From Candidatus Saccharimonadota bacterium (GTDB lineage: Bacteria > Patescibacteriota > Saccharimonadia > Saccharimonadales > JAUPVS01), in assembly GCA_037139495.1 (NCBI GenBank), contig JBAXGG010000002.1, forward strand, positions 1-55,776: a DNA stretch of 55,776 bases, written 5' to 3'. A model generated the notes under the pieces. That model was not told the origin of the DNA and searched no databases. It saw only the letters and a list, made by a program, of their open reading frames with translations. Shown one piece after another: positions 17,735-27,265 of this stretch (within the stretch, counting starts at the first letter, position 1; each line of letters starts with the position of its first letter). Made by a program: the position numbers and the translations under genes.

Positions 17735-17741
17735 CTTTCAT

Positions 17742-17817
17742 TGGTCGGGGTGAAAGGACTCGAACCTTCGACCTCACGGTCCCAAACCGCGCGCGCTACC
17801 AACTGCGCCACACCCCG
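17742..17817 (-). tRNA. tRNA-Pro (anticodon UGG), CCA encoded
   Basis: The reverse complement CGGGGTGTGGCGCAGTTGGTAGCGCGCGCGGTTTGGGACCGTGAGGTCGAAGGTTCGAGTCCTTTCACCCCGACCA folds as a cloverleaf. Anticodon loop is TTTGGGA. Confidence 0.9.
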
Positions 17818-17914
17818 AGATGTGATTAACAGAGGAGATTATAACTGACTTGAAGAGATATTACTAGGCTAAGTTTGGCGTATTTATATAATTTATGTCA
17901 TAATCATAGACATA

Positions 17915-18073
17915 ATGAAGTATATCTCAATTTTCTTCACGATTTTATTGATCTGGGTGGCAGTCATTTTTATGGCTATCACACGGAACAACTCAACTGA
18001 GATTTTTGAATTATTCTTGGCCGCGATTGGTTCAACGGTAGTATTGTTCCTGATTGGCTTCACCAGAAAGTAG
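17915..18073 (+). CDS. Small two-TM protein (52 aa) upstream of the UbiB-like kinase
   Basis: Found by hand; it is below the track length cut-off. Sequence MKYISIFFTILLIWVAVIFMAITRNNSTEIFELFLAAIGSTVVLFLIGFTRK. It stops 4 nt before the kinase ATG. Confidence 0.45.
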   Translation: MKYISIFFTILLIWVAVIFMAITRNNSTEIFELFLAAIGSTVVLFLIGFTRK

Positions 18074-18077
18074 ATAC

Positions 18078-19637
18078 ATGAAGCAGCAGTCGATTGCCGC
18101 CATAAAACGTTACCGAACCCGCCGGTTAGCTAGCTTAGCTACCCGTTGTTACTACCTGCACCGCCGTGGCAAAGATGAGCAGATGGCGACGCTACTATGT
18201 GATGAGTTCGTAGCTTTGGGCGGAGTCTACATAAAATTCCTGCAGGGTGTCTTACTGCAAAGTAAATTCTTGAAGAAATGGCAAAATCCTGACCGTTTGA
18301 AGATTTTCGAAAATCTCGAAAGTGAACACCTGGACATCGTTACGCTTTTACAGCGTGAATTACCGGCCAAACAATTAGCAAAAATTACCATGGTTCAGCC
18401 ACAGCCATTCGCGGCCGGGAGCTTTGGTCAGGTCTATTACGGTCAGCTAGCTAATGGTCAACCAATCATCATTAAAGTATTGAGGCCAATGGTTCGTGAC
18501 CTACTACGTTACGACCTGCGCTTATTGTCTACCTTTAGTAAAAGCTTCTTTGCCAAGCTATACAAAAACATGAATCTTCAGGTTGATGAGGCTTTGAATG
18601 AATTCCGTCAAGCAACACTTCGCGAAACCGATTATCACCATGAGGCAGATTTTGCGCGTGAGATGCACGAAGCCTATAAAGAAAATCCCAAATTTATTGT
18701 GCCTGAAACTTACCTAGACCTTTGTACCGACAACATAATAGTTCAAGACTATGTTCCGGGTATATCTGTAGCGCAGGTTATTAAACTTAAGGAGCAGGGT
18801 TATGACCCCTCAGAATATATTTTTGAGACGCTGGGTTCAAATTTAGACGTCCAGCTTACTACACTAGGTTACGAGTCAATGTTAGGAATTTTTCGACTGG
18901 ATAGAATTCAAGGAGATCCGCACCCAGGTAATATTCGCTTAATGACAGAGGACCGTGTTGGACTGATTGATTTTGGCATCAGTGCGACATCGCCGCATGA
19001 GAAGGCCGCCCTTTTTGGTATGTTCAAAGCTTACGATAGTTTGTTTAACGGCTCCCAGACTGCGGTCGCTTTATTCGAACAAGGTTTAAGATTTTTTGTT
19101 AGTGACTTGTACCGAGCGCTTAAAAAACTAGCCTCAATTTATGGTAAAGGTGACGACAAAGACTACCTGGGTGAAGTCAGTGGAATTGCCGCCAAGGCTT
19201 TTGCCGAGTTAACAGGCAGCGACATCATAGAGGCCAACTTCGCCCAAGATAATAGCGCTCTTGTGGTTATTAACCGCCTCGTCAATAAGGGTAATCGATT
19301 TGGTTTAATCATGCGCTTGGAGGCCAGCGATATCCTTCGAGCCGTTCAAACCTACACCTCGCTAGTTAGTAGCCTAGGACGATACCAGTCCGTATTGCCG
19401 CCTATGATGAACCGTGTCATCCAAGATGTAGAACGGCTTTATCCTGACAGTATTAATGATCAGGACGATTCGATAGACGTTGGTGATGCCATTGATATAA
19501 TTATGAAGTGGCTGGAACGAGTGGCCGAACGAGATCCAGCTCTTTTCCGTCAGTTAATGAGTAAAATTCGTCTCGGTAATGATAAGCCCAAAGTTAAACC
19601 AGCTAAAGTAAACAAGGAGGGTCAAGCCCATGCTTAA
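18078..19637 (+). CDS. ABC1/UbiB-family atypical protein kinase
   Basis: ABC1 signatures LGGVYIKFLQGVLLQS, FAAGSFGQVYYG, IIIKVLRP, GDPHPGNIRL and LIDFGI. I chose the ATG at 18078 over the TTG at 18054, which overlaps the upstream small ORF. There are no C-terminal TM helices. Confidence 0.85.
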   Translation: MKQQSIAAIKRYRTRRLASLATRCYYLHRRGKDEQMATLLCDEFVALGGVYIKFLQGVLLQSKFLKKWQNPDRLKIFENLESEHLDIVTLLQRELPAKQLAKITMVQPQPFAAGSFGQVYYGQLANGQPIIIKVLRPMVRDLLRYDLRLLSTFSKSFFAKLYKNMNLQVDEALNEFRQATLRETDYHHEADFAREMHEAYKENPKFIVPETYLDLCTDNIIVQDYVPGISVAQVIKLKEQGYDPSEYIFETLGSNLDVQLTTLGYESMLGIFRLDRIQGDPHPGNIRLMTEDRVGLIDFGISATSPHEKAALFGMFKAYDSLFNGSQTAVALFEQGLRFFVSDLYRALKKLASIYGKGDDKDYLGEVSGIAAKAFAELTGSDIIEANFAQDNSALVVINRLVNKGNRFGLIMRLEASDILRAVQTYTSLVSSLGRYQSVLPPMMNRVIQDVERLYPDSINDQDDSIDVGDAIDIIMKWLERVAERDPALFRQLMSKIRLGNDKPKVKPAKVNKEGQAHA

Positions 19638-19818
19638 GGAATTTATTTTATTCATCAAATACCCCTACACCGCCGGTGTTATCGCCACCGTTTGGCTGGG
19701 TAGTGCAATCTTAATGGCTATTAATCATGACTTGCCAATTGTACCGATGGTAATAATCGACATGGCAGTCAGTGTAATAATTGCCGGTGTTGGCTTTAGC
19801 GGCCACAAAGAAGCCTAG
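19630..19818 (+). CDS. Small two-TM protein (62 aa) overlapping the kinase stop
   Basis: Two hydrophobic helices (AGVIATVWLGSAILMAI, PMVIIDMAVSVIIAGVGF). Its ATG lies 8 nt inside the kinase 3' end. Confidence 0.5.
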   Translation: MLKEFILFIKYPYTAGVIATVWLGSAILMAINHDLPIVPMVIIDMAVSVIIAGVGFSGHKEA

Positions 19819-19827
19819 AACCTAGAT

Positions 19828-20628
19828 CTATCCAATAAAACGCTGAATAGGCTCTACGGAGCTCGCTAGGCCTGTTTCTTCATTGACATCGACTAACAGA
19901 GCATTAAATTGGAAGGGGCCGCTGGTCTCCAGCTCATTACGAGTCTTGATGTTATCATGCCACCTAGGTATTACTGAATCCAGGCTAATGCCTAAACTAG
20001 CGTGCAGTGCACCGCACATACCAACGTCGGTTTGGTGGGCTGTCCCCTTAGGTAGGATCATCGCGTCAGCGGTTGGAACGTGCCAATGATCGCCAATAAC
20101 TAAGCTAACCTGCCCGTCCAAATAATAACCGATTATTATTTTTTCACTGCTGAAGTCGCCATGAAAATTTACGACCGTAGCAACTTTAGCATGATCTTTG
20201 GTCTCGTCCAGGATCTCATCGATTACTTGCAGAGGATTATCGGTTGGTTTATCAGCATCACGTCCGACAATCGCACCCAATAAACTAATTATTAGAACTA
20301 CTCCTTTAGGTGTCTTAACAACCTTGTAGCGTTGCCCTAGCGTACCTTCGGGATAGTTAGCTGGCCGAACAATCGGCTGCTGAGGGTCACTTAGGTGGGC
20401 ATGAATTTCGTCATTATACAGACTCCAATTTCCCCCTGTAAAAGCATCAACTCCCGCCTTTTGCAGACGGACGTAATCGACTTTACTGATCCCCTTGCCA
20501 TCGGTAACATTTTCGGCCTGAGCAATAGCAACGTCAACTCCCAATTCGCTCCTTAGCCCGGGCAAAAGTTTTTCGACAGTTTTAATCCCAGCCTCAGCCA
20601 TAATGTCACCGATGTAGAGTATCTTCAC
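19828..20628 (-). CDS. ymdB: YmdB-family metallophosphoesterase (2',3'-cyclic-nucleotide phosphodiesterase-like)
   Basis: 266 aa. MKILYIGDIMAEAG, AQAENVTDGKGI, GGNWSLY and NFHGDFSSEK. Lies downstream of rny, as in Firmicutes. Confidence 0.8.
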   Translation of the reverse strand: MKILYIGDIMAEAGIKTVEKLLPGLRSELGVDVAIAQAENVTDGKGISKVDYVRLQKAGVDAFTGGNWSLYNDEIHAHLSDPQQPIVRPANYPEGTLGQRYKVVKTPKGVVLIISLLGAIVGRDADKPTDNPLQVIDEILDETKDHAKVATVVNFHGDFSSEKIIIGYYLDGQVSLVIGDHWHVPTADAMILPKGTAHQTDVGMCGALHASLGISLDSVIPRWHDNIKTRNELETSGPFQFNALLVDVNEETGLASSVEPIQRFIG

Positions 20629-21224
20629 AGATCCAGGCCGTTTTCTTTTTGAATTAATGTTTTAGTGTCGGCTACAATCTGATCTTCGCTATCGGCGCGG
20701 ATAATATGCATGCCCAGGCTACGAGCTGGAGGTAAACACTTTTCTTGATCGTCTATAAACAATATTTCTTCTGCTTTTACTCCTAACCTCTTAATCGCTA
20801 GCTTGTAGAATTCTGGGTCAGGTTTTGCCAGGCCCGTTTCGGAGGACAATAAAATTGGGTCAAAATTTGTATAATATCCGTCTTTGGAAAGAATATCAGC
20901 ACTCAACTGGTAAACATTGGAGAGGATGCCGGTTTTTATGCCATGAAGGCGTAGAGAATCAGCCAATATATACACTTTTTGATTCTTGACAAAAATATCG
21001 GAATATTCAACAAACTTTTCGGCTGTAACTGGTTTACCATAAAGGCGACTTAGTTCTATAAAAAAATCTTCGGCAGAAATGTCTCCACGTCGGAATTCGC
21101 TATGCAGACCCTTGAGATCTACCTGGTCTTCCGGAATCCCTAGCAACTTACTATATACGCCGCTTATTGTCTTGCCACCAGGCGACAATACGCCGCCGTA
21201 ATCGAATAGAACGGCTTTAATCAT
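20625..21224 (-). CDS. HAD-superfamily hydrolase
   Basis: 199 aa. HAD motif I is VLFDYGGVL and motif IV is LFIDDQ. Confidence 0.75.
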   Translation of the reverse strand: MIKAVLFDYGGVLSPGGKTISGVYSKLLGIPEDQVDLKGLHSEFRRGDISAEDFFIELSRLYGKPVTAEKFVEYSDIFVKNQKVYILADSLRLHGIKTGILSNVYQLSADILSKDGYYTNFDPILLSSETGLAKPDPEFYKLAIKRLGVKAEEILFIDDQEKCLPPARSLGMHIIRADSEDQIVADTKTLIQKENGLDL

Positions 21225-21227
21225 CAG

Positions 21228-22742
21228 TTACTTAGCGAACTCGACGGCGCGAGTTTCGCGAATAACGTTAACTTTAATCGTCCCCGGATACTGCATGCTA
21301 GCTTCGATCTTAGTGGCGATGTCGCGAGCCAGCTTGATGGCACTTAGATCATCAATATCTTTAGGCCGGACAAAAACGCGCACTTCACGACCAGCGCTAA
21401 TGGCATAAGATTTTTCGATTCCATTAAAGCTGTTGGCGACGTTCTCGAGGTCTTTCATACGCTCAACGAAATTTTCGGCGCTGATGTTACGGGCACCTGG
21501 CCGAGAGGCGCTAACAGCGTCTACGACGCGTACGATCAAAGCTTCGGTAGTAGTTGCCTCAACGTCGTCGTGATGCTGCTCGGCTGCCAAAGCAACTGCT
21601 TCTGGTGCGCCATACTTACGAAGCATTTCGCCACTAATGTGATGATGTTTACCTTCCATCTTATGCGTCATGGCCTTGCCTAAATCATGTACCAATGCGG
21701 CGTATTTAGTAGTCTTTACATCGGCGTTAAGTTCTTCAGCGATGATACCAGCCATGTGAGCCATTTCGGTACTGTGCTTGAGTACATTCTGGCCGTAACT
21801 AGTTCGGTATTTCAATTCACCGAGTAATTCCAGAATTTCACGAGGGATACCAATCACCCCAACCTCGCGAGCAGCATCCTCCCCAGCTCGGACGACATCT
21901 TTATGGACGTTCTTCTGAGCCTTCTCAACAACTTCTTCGATCCGACCTGGATGAACTCTACCATCCTTAAGTAGCATCTCGAGAGCCTGGCGGGCAACTT
22001 CGCGACGGACTGGATCAAAACTGCTTAGTACGACGTAACCAGGAGTATCGTCAACCATAATGTCGACGCCGGTCGCCCGTTGTAGGGCTTGGATGTTGCG
22101 GCCTTCTTTACCAATTATGCGACCCTTCATTTCTTCGTCTTCCAGCTTAAGGCTGGTTATCGTCCGCTCGGCGGTAACTTCGCTGGCCATTCGTTCCATA
22201 GCTTGAGCGATAATTGAGCCAGCTTGTTCCTCGGCGTCAACTTGGGCTTCTTTTTGCATTTTAGAAATTAAACCTAGTAGATCAGCTTTGATGTCACGTT
22301 CTGTCATTTGCATGAGTTTTTCGGCGGCATCGGCTTTGGTCAGCTTGGCAATTTTTTCAAGTTTTTCTTGTTGCTTGACGCGGACAGTTCGAATTTCGTT
22401 CTTTAGTTCTTCGGCTTCGTCTTCGGCCTTACGTAAGTTTTCGTTACGCTTATCTAGAGCATCGAGTTTTTTATCAAGTGACTCTTCGCGGTCCAGTAAG
22501 CGTTGTTCAATCTGTTTGATTTCTTTGCGGCGATTCTGTTCGTCGCGGCGGGCTTCTTCGGCAACTGATGCAGCTTCTTCGCGGGCCTTAGCTAACTCTT
22601 TAGCGCCTTCCTTTTTTGCTTGAGCCATTTCTTTAGAAGCGGCGTCTTTACTTGCACCAAGTTTTTTTTGCGTCACAGCAGTGCTGGCACCAAAGCCAAT
22701 GGCCAGTCCAGCCACAGCCAATACGATGGTAATTGGATCCAT
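21228..22742 (-). CDS. rny: Ribonuclease Y
   Basis: 504 aa. N-terminal TM, a long charged coiled coil, a KH domain (GRIIGKEGRNIQAL) and an HD domain (HSTEMAHMAG...LVHDLGK). Confidence 0.9.
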   Translation of the reverse strand: MDPITIVLAVAGLAIGFGASTAVTQKKLGASKDAASKEMAQAKKEGAKELAKAREEAASVAEEARRDEQNRRKEIKQIEQRLLDREESLDKKLDALDKRNENLRKAEDEAEELKNEIRTVRVKQQEKLEKIAKLTKADAAEKLMQMTERDIKADLLGLISKMQKEAQVDAEEQAGSIIAQAMERMASEVTAERTITSLKLEDEEMKGRIIGKEGRNIQALQRATGVDIMVDDTPGYVVLSSFDPVRREVARQALEMLLKDGRVHPGRIEEVVEKAQKNVHKDVVRAGEDAAREVGVIGIPREILELLGELKYRTSYGQNVLKHSTEMAHMAGIIAEELNADVKTTKYAALVHDLGKAMTHKMEGKHHHISGEMLRKYGAPEAVALAAEQHHDDVEATTTEALIVRVVDAVSASRPGARNISAENFVERMKDLENVANSFNGIEKSYAISAGREVRVFVRPKDIDDLSAIKLARDIATKIEASMQYPGTIKVNVIRETRAVEFAK

Positions 22743-22924
22743 AAGTGATTCCTTTCTGGAATGTGCTAACAGATTATCGCTTGCCGAACGATCACTATCA
22801 CTTCATTAGTACGACATTTTTTACGAAATCTGAATATTCAATTAAAAGTTAATTACAGGTTCGGATTTTGTTACCAAAACTCCTAAAATCCTACCCATAC
22901 TATACCCTGTGCATAGCAACTTGT

Positions 22925-23314
22925 CTATTTGCGAGGCTTAGTAATATGCGGTTCAGCACCATACTCTGGGATTGCCGAAACTTCATTCTCGCCATTAATA
23001 ATGCAGGCAATTCCTTCGGTCTGCCAGTCATCCCCAATCTTGCTTACCACAGGAACATCTAAACCATAGGCCAAGGCGTTACCAACACTTAAGCCAATCC
23101 TTAGGCCGGTAAAACTACCCGGACCTTTAAAGCACACAATGCCTTCTATGTCTTTTAGGCTCAACTTCTGACCATTTAATATCTGATTGATTTGAGTATG
23201 AATTGTTTCGGCCAACTTACGGTGAGCTTCCCACTTCAGTTCAGTTACTCTTGTTTCGCCAGTAAATAATGCTAGTTCGGCTTCGGGCTGATCGGTTTTA
23301 ATAGTCAAAATCAT
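22925..23314 (-). CDS. tsaB: tRNA t6A biosynthesis protein TsaB, short form
   Basis: 129 aa with GPGSFTGLRIGLSVGNALAYGL. Only the N-terminal half of a typical TsaB is present. Overlaps tsaE by 4 nt. Confidence 0.75.
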   Translation of the reverse strand: MILTIKTDQPEAELALFTGETRVTELKWEAHRKLAETIHTQINQILNGQKLSLKDIEGIVCFKGPGSFTGLRIGLSVGNALAYGLDVPVVSKIGDDWQTEGIACIINGENEVSAIPEYGAEPHITKPRK

Positions 23315-23772
23315 TTTATGTCCTTTGTTAAGTAGGCTAGGCTACCGGGCCAGCTCAAAACAAGTTCTCTATCAGTTTCGAATTTAGTCACAAAGGTCAC
23401 TGTTAGCCTTTCGGCCGGTAAAGCATGGTTGACCTTTTCGGCCCATTCTACTACTACTGTACAATCAGGATCATTGACTACCTCTTGTAGTTCATGGGCA
23501 ATTAGACCAGCCTCAGGCAACCGGTAAAAATCGAAGTGATGAATCTCTTTGGGGCCGTTTTTGTAGACCTTACTAATTGTGAAAGTTGGGCTAGAAACAT
23601 GATTAGTGCTACCAAAACCCTTGGCCAAGCCTCGTACAAAAGTCGTTTTACCGCCTCCAATATCACTAATTAACTCGATAGTTTCACCGCCCTTAAGATT
23701 GTGGCCAATTTTTTCGGCAACAGCTTCAGTTTGTTGTGGGCTATTCGATCGGCAGGTTTTTTTATTGGACAT
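23311..23772 (-). CDS. tsaE: tRNA t6A biosynthesis ATPase TsaE
   Basis: 153 aa. P-loop variant ISDIGGGKTTFVRGLAKG, SPTFTI and HFDFYRL. Confidence 0.85.
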   Translation of the reverse strand: MSNKKTCRSNSPQQTEAVAEKIGHNLKGGETIELISDIGGGKTTFVRGLAKGFGSTNHVSSPTFTISKVYKNGPKEIHHFDFYRLPEAGLIAHELQEVVNDPDCTVVVEWAEKVNHALPAERLTVTFVTKFETDRELVLSWPGSLAYLTKDIK

Positions 23773-23812
23773 ATGTTTATGGTAGCGTGATTACACGAAC
23801 GTCCGCAAGCTT

Positions 23813-24367
23813 GTGCGGTATAATAAATTTACTATGTTACAGCTGAGTAAGTCATTGATTAATCGACCGGTGATGAGTTTGCGTACCGGTAGCCAAGTAG
23901 CAACTGCCACTATGCCCATTATTAACCCTAATAATCTAAAGATTGAAGGCTGGTACTGCCAAGACCGTTTTAGCAAAGATACCTTAATATTATTAAGCCA
24001 AGATATCCGTGACGTCATACCCCAAGGCCTAGTTATTAATGACCACGATAACTTAAGTGAGCCGGGTGAACTAGTGAGGCTTAAGGAAGTTTTGGATCTG
24101 AAGTTCGAGCTACTTGGAAAACCGGCCGTAACGGTTAATAAACAGAGGATGGGTAAGGTCGAGGATTTTGCCGTTGAAGTTGAAACTTTTTATATTCAAA
24201 AAATCTATCTAACTCAACCACTAATCAAAAGCTTCAAGGGTGGTACTCTGAGTGTCGATAGAAACCAAATAATTGAAATAACCAATCGCAAGATTGTCAT
24301 CGATAACCCCCAGATGCCAGTCAAGGTTAACGGACGCGCCACGGCACCAGTGCCGTCTCAGGCCTAG
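23813..24367 (+). CDS. PRC-barrel domain protein (two repeats)
   Basis: 184 aa. LINRPVMSLRTGSQVATA...IEGWYC, then a second similar half (LLGKPAVTVNKQRMGKVEDFAVE). The start may be the ATG at 23834. Confidence 0.55.
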   Translation: MRYNKFTMLQLSKSLINRPVMSLRTGSQVATATMPIINPNNLKIEGWYCQDRFSKDTLILLSQDIRDVIPQGLVINDHDNLSEPGELVRLKEVLDLKFELLGKPAVTVNKQRMGKVEDFAVEVETFYIQKIYLTQPLIKSFKGGTLSVDRNQIIEITNRKIVIDNPQMPVKVNGRATAPVPSQA

Positions 24368-24960
24368 TCTTTTAGGGCATCCTTAATATCACCGTAGTTA
24401 AAGCCTTGCCTCAGTAAGTAAGCAATCAGCTTTTGGTCGTCCTGATAGCGAGTTTGCGGTCGTTTTTTATCTATCATCTCCTTTAGAGCGCTAGACTCAT
24501 CACCCTCATCAGTTTGTAGGGCCATTTCAATCACTTCTTTGCTTACATGTTTTTGGATTAATTCTTGGCGCAAGCGACGTAGGGAAGTGGGCTTGAGTAG
24601 ACGCCGGGTATTAATCCAGGACTGCGCAAACTTAAGATCATCAATATAACCATAATCGCTTAACTTGTTAAGTGTTGTATCTATGGTGGGGGAGTCGTAT
24701 TCTTTCCGCTTAAGATAGTCCCTTAGCTCCCATTCGCTCCTGGGACGCCTCGATAGATAATCTAGGGCACGCATATTAGCTTTGTCTAACTCGGAGGTAT
24801 GCTGTAACTCCTCGATTTCGGCCTCAGTATATTCTTTGCCGATTCTAATGCCGCTCTTCATCAGTTCTGATTGGCCAAGGCTAAAGCAATACTTACCGTC
24901 GACGTACATCGAATAACGGCCTTGCCGCTTAACCTGCTGCTTGATGTCGGTTATTCTCAT
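24364..24960 (-). CDS. recX: RecA regulator RecX
   Basis: 198 aa with repeated three-helix units (ALDYLSRRPRSEWELRDYLKRK...). Lies immediately downstream of recA. Confidence 0.8.
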   Translation of the reverse strand: MRITDIKQQVKRQGRYSMYVDGKYCFSLGQSELMKSGIRIGKEYTEAEIEELQHTSELDKANMRALDYLSRRPRSEWELRDYLKRKEYDSPTIDTTLNKLSDYGYIDDLKFAQSWINTRRLLKPTSLRRLRQELIQKHVSKEVIEMALQTDEGDESSALKEMIDKKRPQTRYQDDQKLIAYLLRQGFNYGDIKDALKD

Positions 24961-25002
24961 AGTTTGTTACTCCAGAAATTGAACCGCGATTTGATCTATA
25001 AA

Positions 25003-26052
25003 TTAATCTTCTTTTTTGGCAGCTTCGAGGACCTTTTTGGATACTTCTTCTAGAACTTTAGGGTTAGCTTCTAGATACTTCTTGGCGGCTTCGCGGCCTT
25101 GAGCGATTTTCTCACCTTTGTAGGCAAACCAGGCCCCGCTTTTTTCGACGATGTCGGCTTCGGTCGCTAGATCAAGGACATCACCGCTGACACTAATGCC
25201 TTGGTTGTACATAATGTCAAATTCAGCCTGACGGAAGGGTGGCGCAATCTTATTTTTGACAACCTTGACCCGTACTCGGCTTCCAACAATCTCATCACCT
25301 TGCTTAATCTGACTGATTCTCCGGATATCCATGCGAACACTAGCATAAAACTTAAGGGCGTTTCCGCCAGTAGTGGTCTCTGGGTTACCAAACATAACAC
25401 CGATTTTCATGCGGATCTGGTTAATAAAGATAACCGTGGCATTGGACTTATTAATAACGCTGGTCAGCTTACGTAAGGCCTGGCTCATCAAACGAGCTTG
25501 TAGGCCCATGTGGGCGTCGCCCATGTCACCTTCGATTTCGGCACGTGGTACTAAAGCGGCAACAGAATCAATTACAATCAGGTCAACAGCGTTACTACGG
25601 ACTAAAGTTTCGACAATTTCTAAGGCTTGTTCACCACTGTCAGGCTGTGACAATAGGAGGTTGGCTGTGTCGACGCCAATTCGCTTAGCATAGGCTGGAT
25701 CAAGGGCATGCTCGGCGTCAATAAATGCTGCTGTGCCACCAAGTTTTTGAACTTGAGCGATAGCATGCAAGGTCATGGTAGTTTTACCGCTGGACTCTGG
25801 TCCGTATATTTCGACGACACGACCCTTAGGTATACCTCCACCAAGAGCTAGATCCAGTGAAAGACTGCCAGAAGGAGTACACTCAACGTGGACTGGATGA
25901 GCGTTGCCCATCTTCATGATCGAACCTTTGCCAAATTGCTTTTCGATAGTTTCGACGGCTAAGCCGAGAGCTTTAGATTTGCCGGTAAGGGCTGTGTCGT
26001 TGGCTGATTTGTCTGTATTGTCTTGTTTGGTCTTGTTGTCTTTAACGGCCAT
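25003..26052 (-). CDS. recA: Recombinase RecA
   Basis: Walker [10 protein letters not shown]; [11 protein letters not shown]; [10 protein letters not shown] chose the ATG at 26052, which has the SD GGAGG 6 nt upstream, over the GTG at 26064. Confidence 0.95.
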   Translation of the reverse strand: MAVKDNKTKQDNTDKSANDTALTGKSKALGLAVETIEKQFGKGSIMKMGNAHPVHVECTPSGSLSLDLALGGGIPKGRVVEIYGPESSGKTTMTLHAIAQVQKLGGTAAFIDAEHALDPAYAKRIGVDTANLLLSQPDSGEQALEIVETLVRSNAVDLIVIDSVAALVPRAEIEGDMGDAHMGLQARLMSQALRKLTSVINKSNATVIFINQIRMKIGVMFGNPETTTGGNALKFYASVRMDIRRISQIKQGDEIVGSRVRVKVVKNKIAPPFRQAEFDIMYNQGISVSGDVLDLATEADIVEKSGAWFAYKGEKIAQGREAAKKYLEANPKVLEEVSKKVLEAAKKED

Positions 26053-26209
26053 GACTGCCTCCACTTATGTTATTAGTACCTAGTATAAACGGCGCTTGGA
26101 GACCTGACAATGCAAGCTCTTGATCACCTCCGTTACATTTACCAGCTTTTAATTAAAAGTTAACTTGTTAGCCAAGCATAACTAATATGCTACAATTACC
26201 GTTAGGAAT

Positions 26210-26710
26210 ATGTTCTGGATGTTTACACGACTAAAAACCAAACACCAAGGCTTCACCGTACCCGAACTACTATTGATGGTACTTATTATTATTGTCCTAT
26301 CTGGCCTAGTTCTAACTAACTATCAGGCAGCCCGCGCTAAAGAACGAGATACACAAAGAATTAGTGATATTAACCAGATAAATAGCAAACTAGAAACTTA
26401 CTATAATGAAAAGAACTCATACCCAGCTAGCTTTTCGGCTAAAGATTTATACGGCATTTCCGAGGATAACCTCAAAGACCCTAACGGCAGAATGGTAGTT
26501 ATCCACGAACCAGTCGCCGACTCTACAGCTGCCCAGGCCATTCCAAGCCCAACTGCCAGTAGTAAGTCGAGCTATCTATACATCCCATACCCAGCCGGCT
26601 GCACTAATGCGGCCAATAACTGTAGCGGCTTTATAATTAAGGCTTACGTAGAAAAGCCCACCAGCACAACGCCAAACCCTTACACCAAAGTCGGCATAAA
26701 TAATAACTAG
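26210..26710 (+). CDS. Type IV pilin-like protein (prepilin N-terminal cleavage/methylation domain)
   Basis: 166 aa. The leader ends ...KHQG|FTVPELLLMVLIIIVLSGLVL, with Gly-1, Phe+1, Glu+5 and a hydrophobic helix. Confidence 0.75.
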   Translation: MFWMFTRLKTKHQGFTVPELLLMVLIIIVLSGLVLTNYQAARAKERDTQRISDINQINSKLETYYNEKNSYPASFSAKDLYGISEDNLKDPNGRMVVIHEPVADSTAAQAIPSPTASSKSSYLYIPYPAGCTNAANNCSGFIIKAYVEKPTSTTPNPYTKVGINNN

Positions 26711-27265
26711 TTACTTTGTATTGGTGCCGATGAACTTTTCGCGGGCATCTAATACAACCTTGCCGCAATAATCAGGTCGTGGACAGTAGCTAAATTTGAA
26801 GTTTTGCGACTCGCCAGCCGTCTCAACTAACAGATCGCCGTAATTTAACACTGAAGGGAAGAAGCCTTGTTTAGCCGCAGAGACATCTTCGACATCGGCC
26901 ATGGAAAGCTCGGACACTTGTCGGTTAAATAAGCCTTTTTGGACAATTACCGTTAAATTCTTATTACTAACGAGTATCTTACTTTGGCGGTAAATGTAGG
27001 TGTAAAGAACTAGGATTAACCAGCTGATGATGGCGGCTGCAGTTATCAATATCAAGATTAATGCACCATGCTGAGATGTGTCGCCGCTATTAAACATATT
27101 GGGGGCAATGAACCAAAATAAAGCAGTGGCAGCCACTAATCCAACCACTACTTCAAAATAAACAATAGCTAGGCCAAACCAGTGGCGGCGAATTTCTTCT
27201 AATTTAGTTTCGTTAGGGCTAATTGCCTCAATAGTATCTAATTTATTTAAACTCATGACTGCCAT
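26711..27265 (-). CDS. Membrane protein with a probable bacterial PH (YdbS/YdbT-like) domain
   Basis: 184 aa. A two-TM hairpin (RRHWFGLAIVYFEVVVGLVAATALFWFI ... LILILITAAAIISWLILVLYTYIY) followed by a small soluble domain. Confidence 0.5.
   Translation of the reverse strand: MAVMSLNKLDTIEAISPNETKLEEIRRHWFGLAIVYFEVVVGLVAATALFWFIAPNMFNSGDTSQHGALILILITAAAIISWLILVLYTYIYRQSKILVSNKNLTVIVQKGLFNRQVSELSMADVEDVSAAKQGFFPSVLNYGDLLVETAGESQNFKFSYCPRPDYCGKVVLDAREKFIGTNTK

Noticed and set aside
17864-17873. The 10-mer CTAGGCTAAG is shared with the palindrome at 5506-5520.
   Set aside because: Repeats of 10 nt are expected many times by chance in a window this size.
22840-22852. The 13-mer AATTAAAAGTTAA is shared by the rny upstream region (22840-22852) and the recA/pilin intergenic region (26151-26163). 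It could be a common regulatory box.
   Set aside because: It is AT-rich and short. Dozens of 13-mer coincidences are expected by chance in 55 kb counting both strands, and there is no consistent spacing to a -10 element.
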